A stretch of 63,507 nucleotides of DNA, the filler included, from Globobulimina sp. (lineage: Eukaryota): NCBI GenBank assembly GCA_003354225.1. It is 15 parts of 15 records of this genome, joined end to end, with 100 filler letters (N's around TTAATTAATTAA, not from the genome) between each part and the next. Parts side by side here need not be neighbours in the genome. Positions count along the whole stretch, not along the records: positions 46,669 to 50,804 come from PIVH01001568.1; positions 50,905 to 55,039 come from PIVH01001569.1; positions 55,140 to 59,273 come from PIVH01001570.1; positions 59,374 to 63,507 come from PIVH01001571.1; 11 more parts are not named here. One strand, given 5' to 3'. Under the pieces are notes generated by a model that had not been told where the DNA came from, did no database searches, and saw only the letters and a program-made list of their open reading frames with translations. The translations under genes were made by a program, and so were the position numbers. Below, piece by piece: positions 46,669 to 60,513 of this stretch (positions are counted from its first letter, which is position 1; every line of letters starts with the position of its first letter).

Positions 46669-48954
46669 AATATTTAATGAAGAAGTCGCTGATTTATGAA
46701 TTAATTGCGATCCATAATATTTATTATTTAATAATTTATCATTATTCTCCTCATCAAATATTATCCAATCTGCATAATAATTGCTTGCCGGCCATGCCGT
46801 ATGCTGTAAACTATAAAATTGAAATGAAAATTGTTTTTGTTGGATATCAATGTTACAAACATGTATAATATATTTATTTTTTTCAAATTCTTTGGAAATA
46901 TGTGCGTTGACAATAAAACCTGGATTAATAATGGAAGAATTTGATAATTGTCTGAATGATAAGGTGGTTGTATCCATTTTCGAAGCAGCCTCCATTTGAT
47001 ATCGATTATCTTGTAATGGCCGAAATTTGTATGGATCATCCGGTGCCATTCTATCATCCAAAGGAGAGCCATTCGATCCGTAATGGAAAAAATTATTATT
47101 GACAGCAAAGCTTTTGTTTAATGCATTATTTTGTATTTCGACTAATTTGCCATTGCTATCATCAAAGATTAACGAATAAAATCCAAAGCTGCCAATTTTT
47201 AATGGTGTCCCGGAGTTTAGTTTTTGTTTTCTAATTTTACCTAAATGCACATGTCCCGCTTGCTCATTGCTTGCTTGTTTGATAAAATATGTTGTAAATG
47301 ACAGTGGCAATAAATTATTGGCAATAAAAAATAACGAATATTTTGATGATTGAGGTGAATGTGAATGGGCATTGATTATATTTGGATTTATTTGAGTTAA
47401 TACTAAATTATTATTTGCATCATAAACAACCAAATCCGTCCTATTTGTGCCCACATTAATAATTTGTGTCACATTCCATAAAAGTGAGTTGTATAAAACC
47501 AATGGTACCATATTTGAGGCAGTCAATGCTTGCGTTGCTTCCACGGAATTATCAATGAGTAAATTAATGCCGTTTGTTGCACTCGCATTTTGCAGTAAAA
47601 ATTGTGTTGTAATATTATTCAAAAAATAGCCAACGTCTTCAGTGCCATCTTCCATTTGCACCATATATTGAATATAAACATGATCTCTTTCTGTGCCCGT
47701 AATTGCGTCGTGATGTTGTGAGACATCCACAGCTTTTCTTAACTTTGTGATATTGAGCATTGCCTCGGATTCATCAAACATAATATTTTCCATATTCCTA
47801 CCAAACACATATAATAATTCGGCAGTTCGTAAATAACTTTCTCTGGATCGAATATATGATTTTAAATCGGCTCTCGATGAATAATATCCTGTCCACCATT
47901 GATTAGCACCGGAATAATAATTAAAAAAATCTGTATTTTCCTCTAATTCCCACGTTAAATTTAATGCATTCACAGCTTTGGTGTAATCATACAATGTCGA
48001 ATAGAAAACTGATGCATTGTAGGTACTGTTATTATTTATATATTCCATCAATTTATCCATTTGGATGTAGGACATATAAGCGTTGAAATGAGAAAAATCG
48101 CATCCAAATGGGATTAAAATATGATTGTGTTTGTACCACGAAACTCTGTTCCTCGAATCGGCAATAAATTCCTGAGACATTTCAATATAATTTGTAGGAT
48201 ATGATGGTAAATACTCATTCGTTTGTATCCATTTTTCATTTTGGTCATACACTCTGCCATCCAAACCACTGAAATATATTTCTGTCGGCGTGCAATAATA
48301 TGAATCCATGATATGAGTCCAAAGCCATGTTTCTTGTCCTAAGGAATTGGAGCCAGCCCACATAAATTCCAATTTTTTCTCTTTTTTCCTTCTATTTTTA
48401 TCCAAATAATTTATTCTGTTTATACCAAACGCATCAAATCCGAGTTGCGACCACATTCCCGCCGTAACATAGGAACTGCCAAATGGATCAATATGCCATC
48501 CAACTTTTGGATAGTTTGCAGAACCAAAATTAGATAAAATAAACTGTGCGCCGTCAGTCATTTGTCTGATCTCTGCCGCAGCACTGGGATTTGCCTCGTC
48601 ATTCATGCACCAGCCACCCAGATTCATTTGTAACTGCTGATTGTTCACTAATTTCAATACACTTTGTCTCATATTCTCATCCTGTTCATTCCACCAACGA
48701 TCAAAAAATGCCATTTCAACATAGGAAAATTTATGATTGGCATTGTTTTCCAAGTTTGGTATTAATGTATAAAATATCCATTGCACAATTTTGATATAAT
48801 ACTCGTCGGTGGTTTCTACCCAACCCGTATCATCATGCGTATGCGCCACAATATGCACATTGATTCTGTCACCCATATATGGCGGTAATTGCGCATAGCT
48901 TTGGAATATTAAAAATGTCCACAACGATAGCAAGCAAATAAAAGACTGTGACAT
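46669..48954 (-). CDS. Lysosomal alpha-mannosidase, GH38, 3'-partial
   Basis: Signal peptide, VHIVAHTHDDTGW, GGWCMNDEA, GWHIDPFG, PFGCDF, WWTGYYSSR, QHHDAITGT. Confidence 0.95.
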
Positions 48955-49008
48955 GGTGTTCTTTTACAAAAAACACTCAAGTTAAAGTATTAAAATACAA
49001 CAAACACA

Positions 49009-50804
49009 TTACAGAGACAAATCACGTAGATTCTGTGCAATTTGTTTTTTATTCAATAAAGTCAATGGAAAATAGACGGAAGCAATACTGGTGGCAACAG
49101 CACCCGTCGTCACTGCGAATATGACGGATGAAGGCACTATTAATTGTATTGGGTATTGAGAGAATAAGATCTGTTGCTGGACAATCACAAATGAGACCAG
49201 ATAACCCACAAAGAATCCCAATAAACTCGATGACAAAATGATAACTAATGCTTCATAAATATAGATTTTATTAATCTGAAATTTTGTCAATCCCAAACTC
49301 CGTAAAATGCCAATTTCTTTTGATTGTTCCATAATATTTGCAAACATTGAAGCAACCAAAGAAAATAAACACAAACATAATGCGGCATAAGTCATTAACG
49401 AAAATATTAAATCCAACATTGTGGAGGCTTCAGCCACTTGTTTTTCAGACTCGCGATAATCGATAATCGAATAACACCACGCAGACAAAAGGCGTTTTGT
49501 TTCATCAATCTCCGAATTTAATACATTGGCTCTGAACTTTATCAATAACGCAGTGAACCAGCCATCTTCGACAGATTTAAAGCCTTTGCTCGTATTAAAT
49601 AGTCTGGGCACCGCAGTTAGAGGCAAAACAGCAGCGGCGGCCGGTTCCTCAGTATGCAGTGCAATTAAACGATAAAATGGATATAATTTGAACCATTGCA
49701 AAGTTTTTATTTTATGATAGTTGACATATTCCACATTACCAACATCATCATAAATATTTAGTAATAAGGCGTCGTCCACAGAGTTAATATGCATTCGGTC
49801 ACTGACATGTTGGCCAATTAACATTCTTTGAGAGCCATATGCTGTGTATAATTGTTGTGTGCTGCTCAAAGACGTCTGTTTATAATCATAAGTGGTCGGA
49901 TTGACGGGAACAATGAATGATTGATCCACCACATGAGCGAAATTAATAAGTGTTGGATAAATGAATACTTTCTCATGATATGTTTTGCCAACATTCTGTA
50001 TCCAGGCATAGGATGCATGGAAATCTTTACTATACAAATTATTCCGAATTGGGCCTAATTTCCAAGCATAATCTGAAATATATGCTATTTTATCCAATTC
50101 TTTCTCAAATTGCGTGGAAGCGTGCGATGTCCAACAAAATAACTTGGAGCCATGACTTTGAATATCATTCATTTTTAATACGGATAATTGTGTGGATATC
50201 ATGACTGTCACAAAAAATACAAATGACAAACTAAAGGCATACATCAGGGCAGTTTTCCTATTTCTAACTTTATGAGCAATCAGATTTTTTAGCACAATAT
50301 CTGGAATGGGCCGTTTCTCCCACAATGATAAGGACAGCCAAAGTACCAATCTCTCAGTCAAATGTTGCAAATTCAAACCCAACAAAATGCAGCCAACCAA
50401 TATGGACAACATTAGCAACATTAACATGACTGCGAATAACTGTAAATTGCCACTGATTATCGATTGCGGCAAGAAATAATAAATGAGCCAACCAAATATT
50501 GTGATTACCAAACAAATAAAGCAGACATCCCACAGAAAATGCGTGCCATCAGCTCTATTTATATTGAATTGAACGGCATTGGTCTGACTGTGGTATATAT
50601 CCAAAGAGGACAGTAATGTTTTAGCCAATGCGGCTTTTATTGGTAAGATGGAGGCTACCAAACTCATTCCAATACCGATGACTGTGGCTATAATGATAGA
50701 TGTCGGCGTTAATAATGTGGGCAAATTAATATTACTGCTTTCTCCCAACAATCCCAACACATAAATAGCGCCAATTTGCGCTGCAATCAGTCCCAAAGCC
50801 CATG
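49009..50804 (-). CDS. FtsX/MacB-like permease (eukaryotic type), 5'-partial
   Basis: Two TM bundles. KNLIAHKVRNRKTALM and ANIMEQSKEIGILRSLGL...I..IYIYEA. Confidence 0.85.
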
Positions 50805-50970
50805 NNNNNNNNNNNNNNNNNNNNNNNNNNNNNNNNNNNNNNNNNNNNTTAATTAATTAANNNNNNNNNNNNNNNNNNNNNNNNNNNNNNNNNNNNNNNN
50901 NNNNCAACTCCGCGTGCTAAGCTAACACCAAAGTTTGTCATATGCATAGTAGCGTATATTATATATAACC

Positions 50971-52851
50971 ATGTCAGCATCACTCTCAACAAGAATGGAA
51001 GGTGCTACCTACGACTCCAACGATGAAAACGAAATCGCAAATAACATAATAGCATGTTTCACCAAGAATGAATTAAATGCGATGGAGAATATTTTAGACG
51101 AGACACTCGACGAAGCTTCGATTTCTAAAATGTTTTCTTATGATGATTTAAATGAAATGGAAATTATTCTACAACACAGAAATTCTCCCCGTAACCAGAA
51201 CATGTATTTTTTTAACAATATGGATTTGTCGCAAACTGATTCTGTCAAAAGAATCAAAGCATTGTTATCCGACTATGATAGCTTCGCCAACGAAGACAGC
51301 AAAATTAAACACTTCCATCCGCAAAATTCCTCCATCTCATTATTCCAGGATAACCCACAGAAATTATTCAACGCCTTCAAGCCGCAAAGAAAGAAGCGAC
51401 TTCAATTCATTTTGGACAAATCCTTAATTAAAGGCTATATTCGCTCGCTTGCCGCTTATTTTTATTTCACAAAAACGCAAACCAAAATATTTATGTATTT
51501 AGTGCCATATATAGCGATGTATTGGGGTCATTTATTGAAAAATTGTCAAAAAACCTCCGTGAATATGCAAGCTTTTCTTTTTGATGCCACATTAATAAAA
51601 TCAATCAATGACTACGGCAAGAAACGATATCATGAGATCCCCCGACTGAGCGTTTTGAAGTTTATCTGTTCTGAAGGCACCGGTCAGTATCAAATGCAAC
51701 TTCATAGATTTAGCTCTAAAGTATGGAATATTAAATACTCTGCCAATTCCATCAGATTTAAAAAGAAGACCAAAGCAAAAGACACTCGAAAAGTAGGCCG
51801 CTGGTTCTTGGGCCCGATCTTGGGCAAAGGCGGCTATTCGTGGGTCAAAAAGGGCTACGACCGCAAGGATGGACGCATTGTGGCCCTGAAATTCACTTCG
51901 AAATTAAAAAAAGATTGGAGTATGTCACAAAGCAAACAGATATCGAATGAAATTGCTGCGTTGTCTCAGATTCGACATAAACATATCTTGAAATTATTGG
52001 GATATAATTTGAATGCCAAATATCCGCAAAAGGATGGCTTGATAATACCGTCTGTTTTGTTGGTGTTGGAGTACGTGCCTGGCGGGGAACTGTTTGATAT
52101 ATTATATTATACCTCGGCTTTGCATGAATGCATTGCTCGCACATATTTCCAACAGATGATGGACGGCGTGGAAGCCTTGCATGCCGTCGGCATTTGCCAT
52201 CGGGATATAAAGCCACAGAATTTGTTGTTAGATAGCAACTTTCAATTAAAAATTGTCGATTTTGGGCTGAGCAAAGTATTTGAGAAAGATGAAGATTATT
52301 TGATGAAGACCTATTATATTGGCACCAAAGGGTATCAGGCACCCGAGATATTGAGGAAAAAACCGTACACTGTGGCATGCGATGTGTTTAGTTGCGGCGT
52401 GGTTTTGTTTATTTTATTGTCGGCCTATCCGCCGTTTGAAGCAGCTTCGCGAAAATGCAGTTAAGTACATTTGATATCGAATTAAATTTTAGAGACATGT
52501 TTCTCAAAATATTTGAATTGGTTTGATATACGTTTGATATATACACTGTATATAGGATGGTATGCACCTTTAATCGATTGCAATTCGAGAGAGTTTTGGA
52601 AGCAACATCGAGGCTGCGGCATTAATGCACCCGCAAAGGATTTGATTACTCGGATGTTGTGGTACGATTATACGAAAAGAATAAGTATTGCTGGTATTAA
52701 ACGACATAAGTGGTATAATGGGAGGTCGTTGAGTCAACAAGAACTAGTGCAAGAATTACGTATTTTGCATCGGGAGATGGAAATCAAACGAAGTGAAGAT
52801 GCTGAAAAACAAAAACAACTGCAATATTCGAATAGAAACAGCTCCAATTGA
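50971..52851 (+). CDS. Ser/Thr protein kinase (CAMK/SNF1-like) with long N-terminal extension
   Basis: LGKGGYSWV, VALK, HRDIKPQN, DFG, GTKGYQAPE, DVFSCGV. Intron 52460..52555. Confidence 0.95.
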
Positions 52852-53096
52852 TTTATAATAAAGAATGTGTAATCACTTACTGTTACAAAATAATATTTTT
52901 AGATGAAATTATATACTTAAATTTACTTTTATGCGGCAATTGAGGTGGCTATTTTTTTTAGATGAAATAGATACTTTCAGTGTCAGTTTCTCGCTTTTGT
53001 ATCACAGACTCCATAGTCCATTCCTTCACACGTTCAGAAAGCAGCTTTAAAAGTCGCTCAGTTTCAGAAAAGATTTGTTTAGCTTATTTATTTTTA

Positions 53097-54146
53097 ATGA
53101 TGTCACCGTTTCTGTGTTACTTTCTATTGTGGTTTATCCCTCTCAATGTATGGGCAATTATTGCGTGGTTAATATGCACAATGACGGGGAAAAGATTCCA
53201 TTTCATTGAAATCAGTGATATGAATTGGTGTCCTCAATTATTTCGTCAATGTATTCGAAATTCATTGCATTATGGATGGATATTTTTTGGTTTAACAGAT
53301 TGGTTTGGTTCACCTGCTCAAACATTATCAAACATAATGTTTCCGCATTTCAAGAAGTTAAAATGTAACTTAATAATCGATTTATGTTCGGGCTCAGGTG
53401 GACCAACACCAAATATTCATAATATGTTAAACAAAACAAAAAGAGTTAAAACAGTTTTAACGGATTTGTTCCCTCAAATATCCGTATGGAAATATCAATG
53501 TTCTAAATCAAAGCATTTATTATATTCCTCCAAACCTGTAAATGCCATCAATATGAATGTCTCGAATATTCCCGAAATATCAAGCTTCGATTATAACAAA
53601 GTGCATTTTCGGACTTTATTTGGTTCATTCCACCATTTCAAACCTAATTTGGCCATTTCTATTTTGGAAAACGCAATGGATTGCAATGATGCATTTATTA
53701 TGGCCGAAGCTGTATTGCGAAGAAAAACGTTTTTTGATTTTATTCAATGGCCTTTAACTCTGACGGTATTAACACCATTTTTTATGATATATATGGTGAT
53801 GGCTCATTTATTTTTTTATGATGAGCCAGATGAGGAGAATAGTACATTGATACACAGGATTTTCAAATGTTTGATGATCATTGTTACTGCACCACTTTGG
53901 GTCGCTGCGTTTATCAGTGATGCAATCATATCAAATTCAAGAGTTTATACAGAAAAGGAATTGATGGAATTGGCAGAAATGGCAAAAATGAAATTAAGAG
54001 GGAAATTGTCAAACAATGATGAGGATAAATTAAAAAGGATAAATGATTACGAATGGAAAGTTTGGAGACAAAATAGTGATATGCTGTTTCCTTTTGGTTA
54101 TGCTGCGCCCATTACCGTTTTGTTGGGTGTACCAAAGATTGAATAA
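53097..54146 (+). CDS. Membrane-associated class I SAM-dependent methyltransferase-like protein
   Basis: RFHFIEISD..WCP, IIDLCSGSGGP, VLTDLFP, RTLFGSFHHF.P, SDAIISNSRVY. Confidence 0.75.
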   Translation: MMSPFLCYFLLWFIPLNVWAIIAWLICTMTGKRFHFIEISDMNWCPQLFRQCIRNSLHYGWIFFGLTDWFGSPAQTLSNIMFPHFKKLKCNLIIDLCSGSGGPTPNIHNMLNKTKRVKTVLTDLFPQISVWKYQCSKSKHLLYSSKPVNAINMNVSNIPEISSFDYNKVHFRTLFGSFHHFKPNLAISILENAMDCNDAFIMAEAVLRRKTFFDFIQWPLTLTVLTPFFMIYMVMAHLFFYDEPDEENSTLIHRIFKCLMIIVTAPLWVAAFISDAIISNSRVYTEKELMELAEMAKMKLRGKLSNNDEDKLKRINDYEWKVWRQNSDMLFPFGYAAPITVLLGVPKIE

Positions 54147-54224
54147 ACACATCTCATATAAAACAAATGCGCAATAAAGTAAGTTCACTTGTAGTCGTCA
54201 TCAAAGTTTTAATCATAATAAATA

Positions 54225-54443
54225 ATGAAGACCAGACTATTACAATCCTCAACTGTTGAAAGACCTGATCCTTATGGAGATGACAAATGTTCGCCAACAC
54301 ACAAATTGGTAGCATTTATTGGATTTTGTTTTCTAATTGTTGCAATAATTAGTGTTTATTATTTTGTGAGCAATAAAGAAAGCATATCGAACTCAATGCA
54401 GAAGATAACACACGGAGCAGTCACAAATAATGATGGAACATAA
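54225..54443 (+). CDS. Small single-TM ORF or gene fragment
   Basis: 72 aa with one hydrophobic segment. No family recognised. Confidence 0.3.
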   Translation: MKTRLLQSSTVERPDPYGDDKCSPTHKLVAFIGFCFLIVAIISVYYFVSNKESISNSMQKITHGAVTNNDGT

Positions 54444-55139
54444 GAAAATATTTGAAGGACACAAATGAATGGAATTGCATATTTTTTCTATCATTGAGTG
54501 CATAGTGTTCTAACCTTGTGCATGCACAAACATATTTAATATGAACAAACGTTATGATTTGCTTATTGGTCGAATGGTTTGTTTCATTCATTAATTTGCT
54601 TATAATCCAAACCTAATTCTAATCATTATATTCTATAACCTTAATTCTATACTAAGTTTTTTAAATAGTCAAAAAAAGTCATGGCTGCTATATTATATCT
54701 TGACTGTGTGATATATTATAATTTATAAATAGCGCCGAACAGAATGTCTCAAAATATCTTCAGAATTTGCCTGGAACCGCAGACATCGTGGAATTAATTC
54801 TAAAAAAATGTTTAAAACCAAATCCGATTAAATTGGAATCGAATCGCACCGAATCGAATGGACAGTGACAAAATAAAGAAATGTGAAATTATTTTGAATC
54901 CAACAAAAATATTATCAACTTTACAAACGGAGACATGAATGGAGCAATGCATGCAATATTGCTCAGGACATATTATTATCCATCACCAATTTTTGTAACC
55001 ACAACCAAAATAAAATGAAAATAAACGATTTGAAACAAGNNNNNNNNNNNNNNNNNNNNNNNNNNNNNNNNNNNNNNNNNNNNTTAATTAATTAANNNNN
55101 NNNNNNNNNNNNNNNNNNNNNNNNNNNNNNNNNNNNNNN

Positions 55140-55453
55140 CAGTTGTGAGTGATCAGAACATTGCCCTCTGTGCATTTGTCCACTTCGTTGACTGTTTTAT
55201 GTTTGTTTAATAATACGCGAAAGTTGTGCTCAATGTCTTGTAATAATTGCTTGCGAGCTCCGCCAAAGATGTATGATTTGAGGAGAAAGTACCAATGGTA
55301 AAATATCACTTCAGAGAAAGTACTGTGAATGCCCAACCCTACAGTCTTTTGGGTACTCATTACGTGTTTGAGGCCTTTGTAGTGCCTGCCAATAATGTAC
55401 AGTATTAAACATGTCGGAATTGCCAATAAAATGAACAAGAGCGCCATAGCCAT
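55140..55453 (-). CDS. N-terminal fragment of a membrane-anchored protein
   Basis: ATG, hydrophobic N-terminus, reading frame open to the contig edge. Confidence 0.45.
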
Positions 55454-55989
55454 ATTTTCTGTCTATTTTTTGATGACAAATAACAGTTATACGCGAGTAT
55501 AAGATAGAAATGAATGTAGGGTTACATACCTATTAAAGGTGGTTCGGTTGAGTTGTGTTTGTTAATTGCTTCGATTCTCCGATTTATGGATTTGTGAATC
55601 TATAAATAGCGTTAGCGGCTGTATAATCGGCATTTATGAGTTCATAATTGTGATCATTGAAGATTGTACGTCATGTGACAATTGATCACTCGCATCTCAT
55701 ATCCTTAATTGCGCAGCCGGCCATAGGCGTAGCTGACCACAGTGGGTATGATGCAACTGTTTAATATCTGACATTGTTGCTTTTATATAGTGGAAAATTT
55801 TTTGAAGTAACTAGCAATTGATAATGGGTCTGTCAGTTTGAAAGTCTTTGCCTTCAATCAAACCATGCAATATTTGAGACATGTGTTGGATACCTACTGG
55901 AAAGATCAAACTTTCAATCTGAAATTAGGAATCAGCATTGCATCATCTTCAAATTTATTTGTAATAAAAGCAAAATACACAACAAATTA

Positions 55990-56628
55990 TTGAGCATTGA
56001 AGAATTTGTCAAAGATGGAATATGGACACGAGATTATTATATCGAATACTTTGGCTGTACCTTCTATGCGCGCTGCACTGTTCTCAAATTATCAAATAAT
56101 AAATCCGCAATACATTCGCCCTCTCCCTTTGACGGGACATATTTGCATTATTTTTGCATGAGCGATAAAGAAGTCGAATATATTATCGCTCCAGGCAATT
56201 ATCACTACTTCAATGTTTGTGAATGGAACAAATTATTTCCGAAAGCAAAAGTATTGATTACGCCTGGCGTCGAGTACAAAGCACACAATTTGCCATCGAC
56301 CGCAATCTATGGCGTGTTACACAGTCATTATATCGACAGTGATGTTTCTTCCACGTTTAATAAAGATTTTGAGTTGTCATTGATTCGTGCCTTTTCAGAG
56401 ATAAGTGAGACAGTAATGTTACATAAGAAAACACACACTCTCATCGTCGTGGATGTGATTGAATATGTCACACACAAATATTATGAGAAAATGAATAGAT
56501 TTGGGCATATGTTTTGGTGTTTATTTGGAATGCACAACAAACCATTGCCCGCGCCTGAATATCAATTCTCGGTGAAATATAAAAATATCGCAAGGGAATC
56601 TTTTGAGAGAATATTGAGTTGGGATTTT
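55990..56628 (+). pseudogene. DUF4336 protein, C-terminally truncated
   Basis: RCTVLKL....IHSP, VEYIIAPGNYHY, W...FPKA, ETVMLHKKTHTLIVVD, FERILSWDF. The usual following HG motif is absent and there is no ATG start. Confidence 0.75.
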
Positions 56629-57736
56629 AACGCAGAAAATGTAAACAATGCTCAAGGTTTTAAATATTGTAAAGAATTTTGTGAGCAATGCTGGGCAAAG
56701 TATCTTTTATCGCAATTAATTGAAACTGAAGATGCAATCCAATGCAGAAAGCATCAAAAATGCCTATTTTAAATCGAGCAAAAATAATCATAAAAAATAC
56801 TTATTCCATCCAAAAATGCTCGGTTGCTCGTCTGAAAAGGAAGAGAAGATTTTATTGTATTCGACAGACTACACAAGAACAGTGGACTCACTCTATTGGT
56901 TTGCAGACGCATTATTGGACCTGACCCAAAATGTGGTCTTAGACATGATAGCTCATGACACCGTGAGTGAACCGTTCAGAATTGATAAAAATGAGAAATG
57001 TATGGCCAGTCTGGAGTGGCAGGAATGGAACGAGCGATACGCGCAATCAACGAATAATTCACAGATCCAAAGTGACTATGAAAGGGACAGTGATGTTCAG
57101 TCCCGCTTTGAGGCGGCGAATGGTGTGTGGATCAGAGATGGGTTCACTCCGTTCAGTCTCGGCTTTCATTATTGCGCGGGTTTGGACATTCCAATCTCGT
57201 TTGAACTGTTGCAGGACATGGACACCTTTGTCTACGAAAGGGAAGCCGCAGTGGACGTGACTCCGAACGGGAAAGAGAAGAATTACTGCTACAATCACGT
57301 GGTCAATCTCGCCGCGTATCACTTATTATTGGATGCCATCCGTGCAATGAAAGCGGGGACACACACTGGGAATGGGCCAAAGATACTCGCCATTGCCAGC
57401 CACGCACCCTCGATTCGACGGTATATGTGGGGATTGGACATGGATGGCGACCATACATTGGCAGAGATGGCAGAGTTAATCACGTTAGAGATATATTCCG
57501 CAAAACTCGGGTATAATAGTGCTGATTCTGTTCAATACTATTTTCGATGGACGAGGAGAGGCGAGTTTTTGCCCTACCCCGCCTGTGCAGAGATTTATGA
57601 ATCGGAGAATACGGAGTTGTGTGATTTGGAAATAATGTTAGAAAAGGACTTCTCTGATGCAGTGAGTATGGATGAATTCAATGATAATATTTGTCCCAAT
57701 GTTGTTGAGTTGTGCTTGTGTGGTTTGTGTGATTGA
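56629..57736 (+). pseudogene. Histidine acid phosphatase (branch 2) fragment lacking RHGxR
   Basis: LYSTDYTRTVDS, IASHAPSI (HD position), ITLEIY, Cys-rich C-terminus. No N-terminal catalytic motif upstream. Confidence 0.65.
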
Positions 57737-59655
57737 TTAATTTTGGTACCATTTTTTTCCTTTTTTGTGTGATTAATTTTGTTTGGTACCAGTCTAATAA
57801 TTTTAAAAATCCGTATATTTTTATCTTTTTTTTTCGCATATTTTCGGATGTATTTTTAATTTATAAATGTTTTAAATTTCCGCATGCATGAATGATGATA
57901 AATGGTTCTTATGCTAGGTCTTGCGACAATCTAGAAACAACAATAGGTCCTAAACTCTGAAGTCATGCATTAATACGAAGTTTTTGAGTCAACTCTCAAG
58001 ATGCAGTTTGAATGGATTGGTTGAGTTTTCAGAAATTTGATCAGCGATTTGATGAGGGGAAAAAATAAAAACGCACGTTTGTTTGCTGACAAACCCAATA
58101 TGAGCATTGGAAATTGCGCATTCTTGTTTCTGCACATAATTAATTGCTTGTTTCTGTCACTGTCTGACTGAACCACGGTATAATATATGGCATTTGTCTC
58201 TGTTTCTTGCGAGCGTTAGGTTGAACGATAGCGAGGGCAGTTTCGTGATCGTAATCGAGTTGATGTAATGTTGGGGAACGTTGTGGTTGTGCAGAGTGTG
58301 TTGAGCGTAGCACGAGACTTTGTGACCATTTTCGAGTTTGAGAAAACTGTGCGGTGACTTTGATAATATTGTTGTCTTTCTTAAACATGGGAAATGAATA
58401 TCGCACACGAACAAGCATGCTAATCAAATTGGTATTCGGGACCGGTTCTCGATGACACGCACAACACCATCATGGATTTCGTTGTAATCACACACACACA
58501 ACAAACATATGAAAATATCCATTCCGAAAGTGTGATAAATTAGTGAGAGTGTGCAGTGATGGAATATATTGATTTTATTGTGCATAGGATTGTTCTGAAG
58601 GAATATTTGGATTGACTTACAATCAATCATTCTGTCATTTAAATTAAACCTCCAAAACATCATACAAATGCATACACTTTCAAAACGATTCAAACACAGA
58701 ACATGCAAGTGGACGATTTGTGTGTGTCTGTTGTGTGTTTATCAAAATAATATGAATTAATATGTGTGCATAATAAAATCAACATATACAAATTGATATG
58801 CACAACAAATACAATAAAATGAATGTTGCTGTGATTTGAGAATTGATGTAAATATCAATGAACAAACCGTTCATTGTCATATATCATGATATTTTATTTT
58901 CTTTAATTTATTGGAATTGAGCTAAGTTCAATTTAACATAGCAGTATATAAATACATGAAATATATGCTCTTTGATAAATTTACATATGATATCAACAAT
59001 GAATATTGGAAATGTCACCTGATCCTTCCTAATCCACAAAAAAAATTGGGTGCGTAGCGCCAGAAGTACGCGACCAATCCAATAACAGTGAGTGTGTGCA
59101 CCGTATTTTTGGCCATCATCAAATGAATGGTCTGATTCGCCAAACTATAAAACCGATGCGAGTATGAATCCATTCTAAACTGGCCATGCATTGCAGACAC
59201 TTTTTCATAAAACAAATTCCCATATTTGCTCTCAGAAAAATAGGCAAACCCGCCTCCGAAACAATTTGGAGTCNNNNNNNNNNNNNNNNNNNNNNNNNNN
59301 NNNNNNNNNNNNNNNNNTTAATTAATTAANNNNNNNNNNNNNNNNNNNNNNNNNNNNNNNNNNNNNNNNNNNNGATCGGGAATCGCTTAAAAAATGGATT
59401 TACCAAAGCAACACTTTGATGTTTTTTTAATAAACTCGGATATAATGTATTTTGCCATCGCGCACCAAATAGTTTATCATAATAATTGTACCACGCATCG
59501 AAACCAGCGGATTCCGACCCTTGTTGGAATACACGTTTCTCTGCGTTAACATGTCATGCATTTACACCATATTTAATTCAATAATAAACAACAAACGAAC
59601 CAAACTCGAAACCATCAATTTTCTGTGCAGTGAAAGCTCGACTTACTATTTAATT

Positions 59656-60404
59656 ATGGCACTTACTCCTCACCAACAGTACTTATTAATTTATAGATTC
59701 TGCAAACAATGGTCAACAGCATTCATTCCAACTGATATAAGTCAACAAATTCTGGTATGGTATGGATCGGCAAAAGACAGATGGGATAAAAATAACACAT
59801 CAAACAATATTTTAATCCACAGCACTGGCAAAGGTGTCTGTATTCAAAGAATGAGCAAATGGGATGGTAAGACTCTATACAAATATAATATGTTTTCAAT
59901 TTCTATACACCTCTTAAAGTTATTATAATATTACTAGGATATCATTGCAATGCATTTGGATATAATGTGATAGGTTGTGGAGAAACTAAAACATGGAAAT
60001 TACGGATCCTGAAAACCAAACCATTACACACCAGCTGCATTCAATTAGGCATTATAGAATTGGTAAAAATCGAAAACAATATGAAAGGTAGTTTTTGTCA
60101 GATGGCACATTTTAATGGGTATGGTGCATATGCAAAGAATGGCAGATCGTTTCATGGCTCGTACTGTCCGCATGAAAAATTAAATCAATACAAACGAATA
60201 CCTTGCTTAACTAATGGTGATTTTATATCCATGACACTTGATTTAACAAAAGGAAAAAATAGAGGCGAGTTGCGATATAATATCAACGACTCTCATCATG
60301 AGCCAATCATTACATTTAACAATATCGCCAGCACAAACAAACAATATTATGTATTGGCAGTTGCCTTATACGCACAATATGACACAGTCTGTTTATCTGA
60401 ATAA
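59656..60404 (+). CDS. SPRY/B30.2-like protein (2 exons), paralogue of 2882..3861
   Basis: IP.DI...I..WY...DRWD, NAFG..VI......WKLRI, IQLGII, GDFISMTLDL....LRYNIN, YVLAV. Intron 59867..59937. Confidence 0.6.
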
Positions 60405-60513
60405 GTAACTCCCCGATAAATTGAAAAAAACCAAACTCGTAAATAACCAAACAAAAAACAACAAAAAAAAACGCATCAAAACCAGTTATAAGTTATGAAC
60501 TGTCAATTGACCG

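Noticed and set aside
57900-59273. Cluster of short minus-strand ORFs
   Set aside because: I could not assemble a consistent spliced gene or recognise a domain.
4148-59373. TTAATTAATTAA motif recurring about every 4.24 kb, resembling an array, telomere or nanochromosome ends
   Set aside because: It is always flanked by exactly 44 N on each side and the contigs are length-sorted, so it is an artificial linker.
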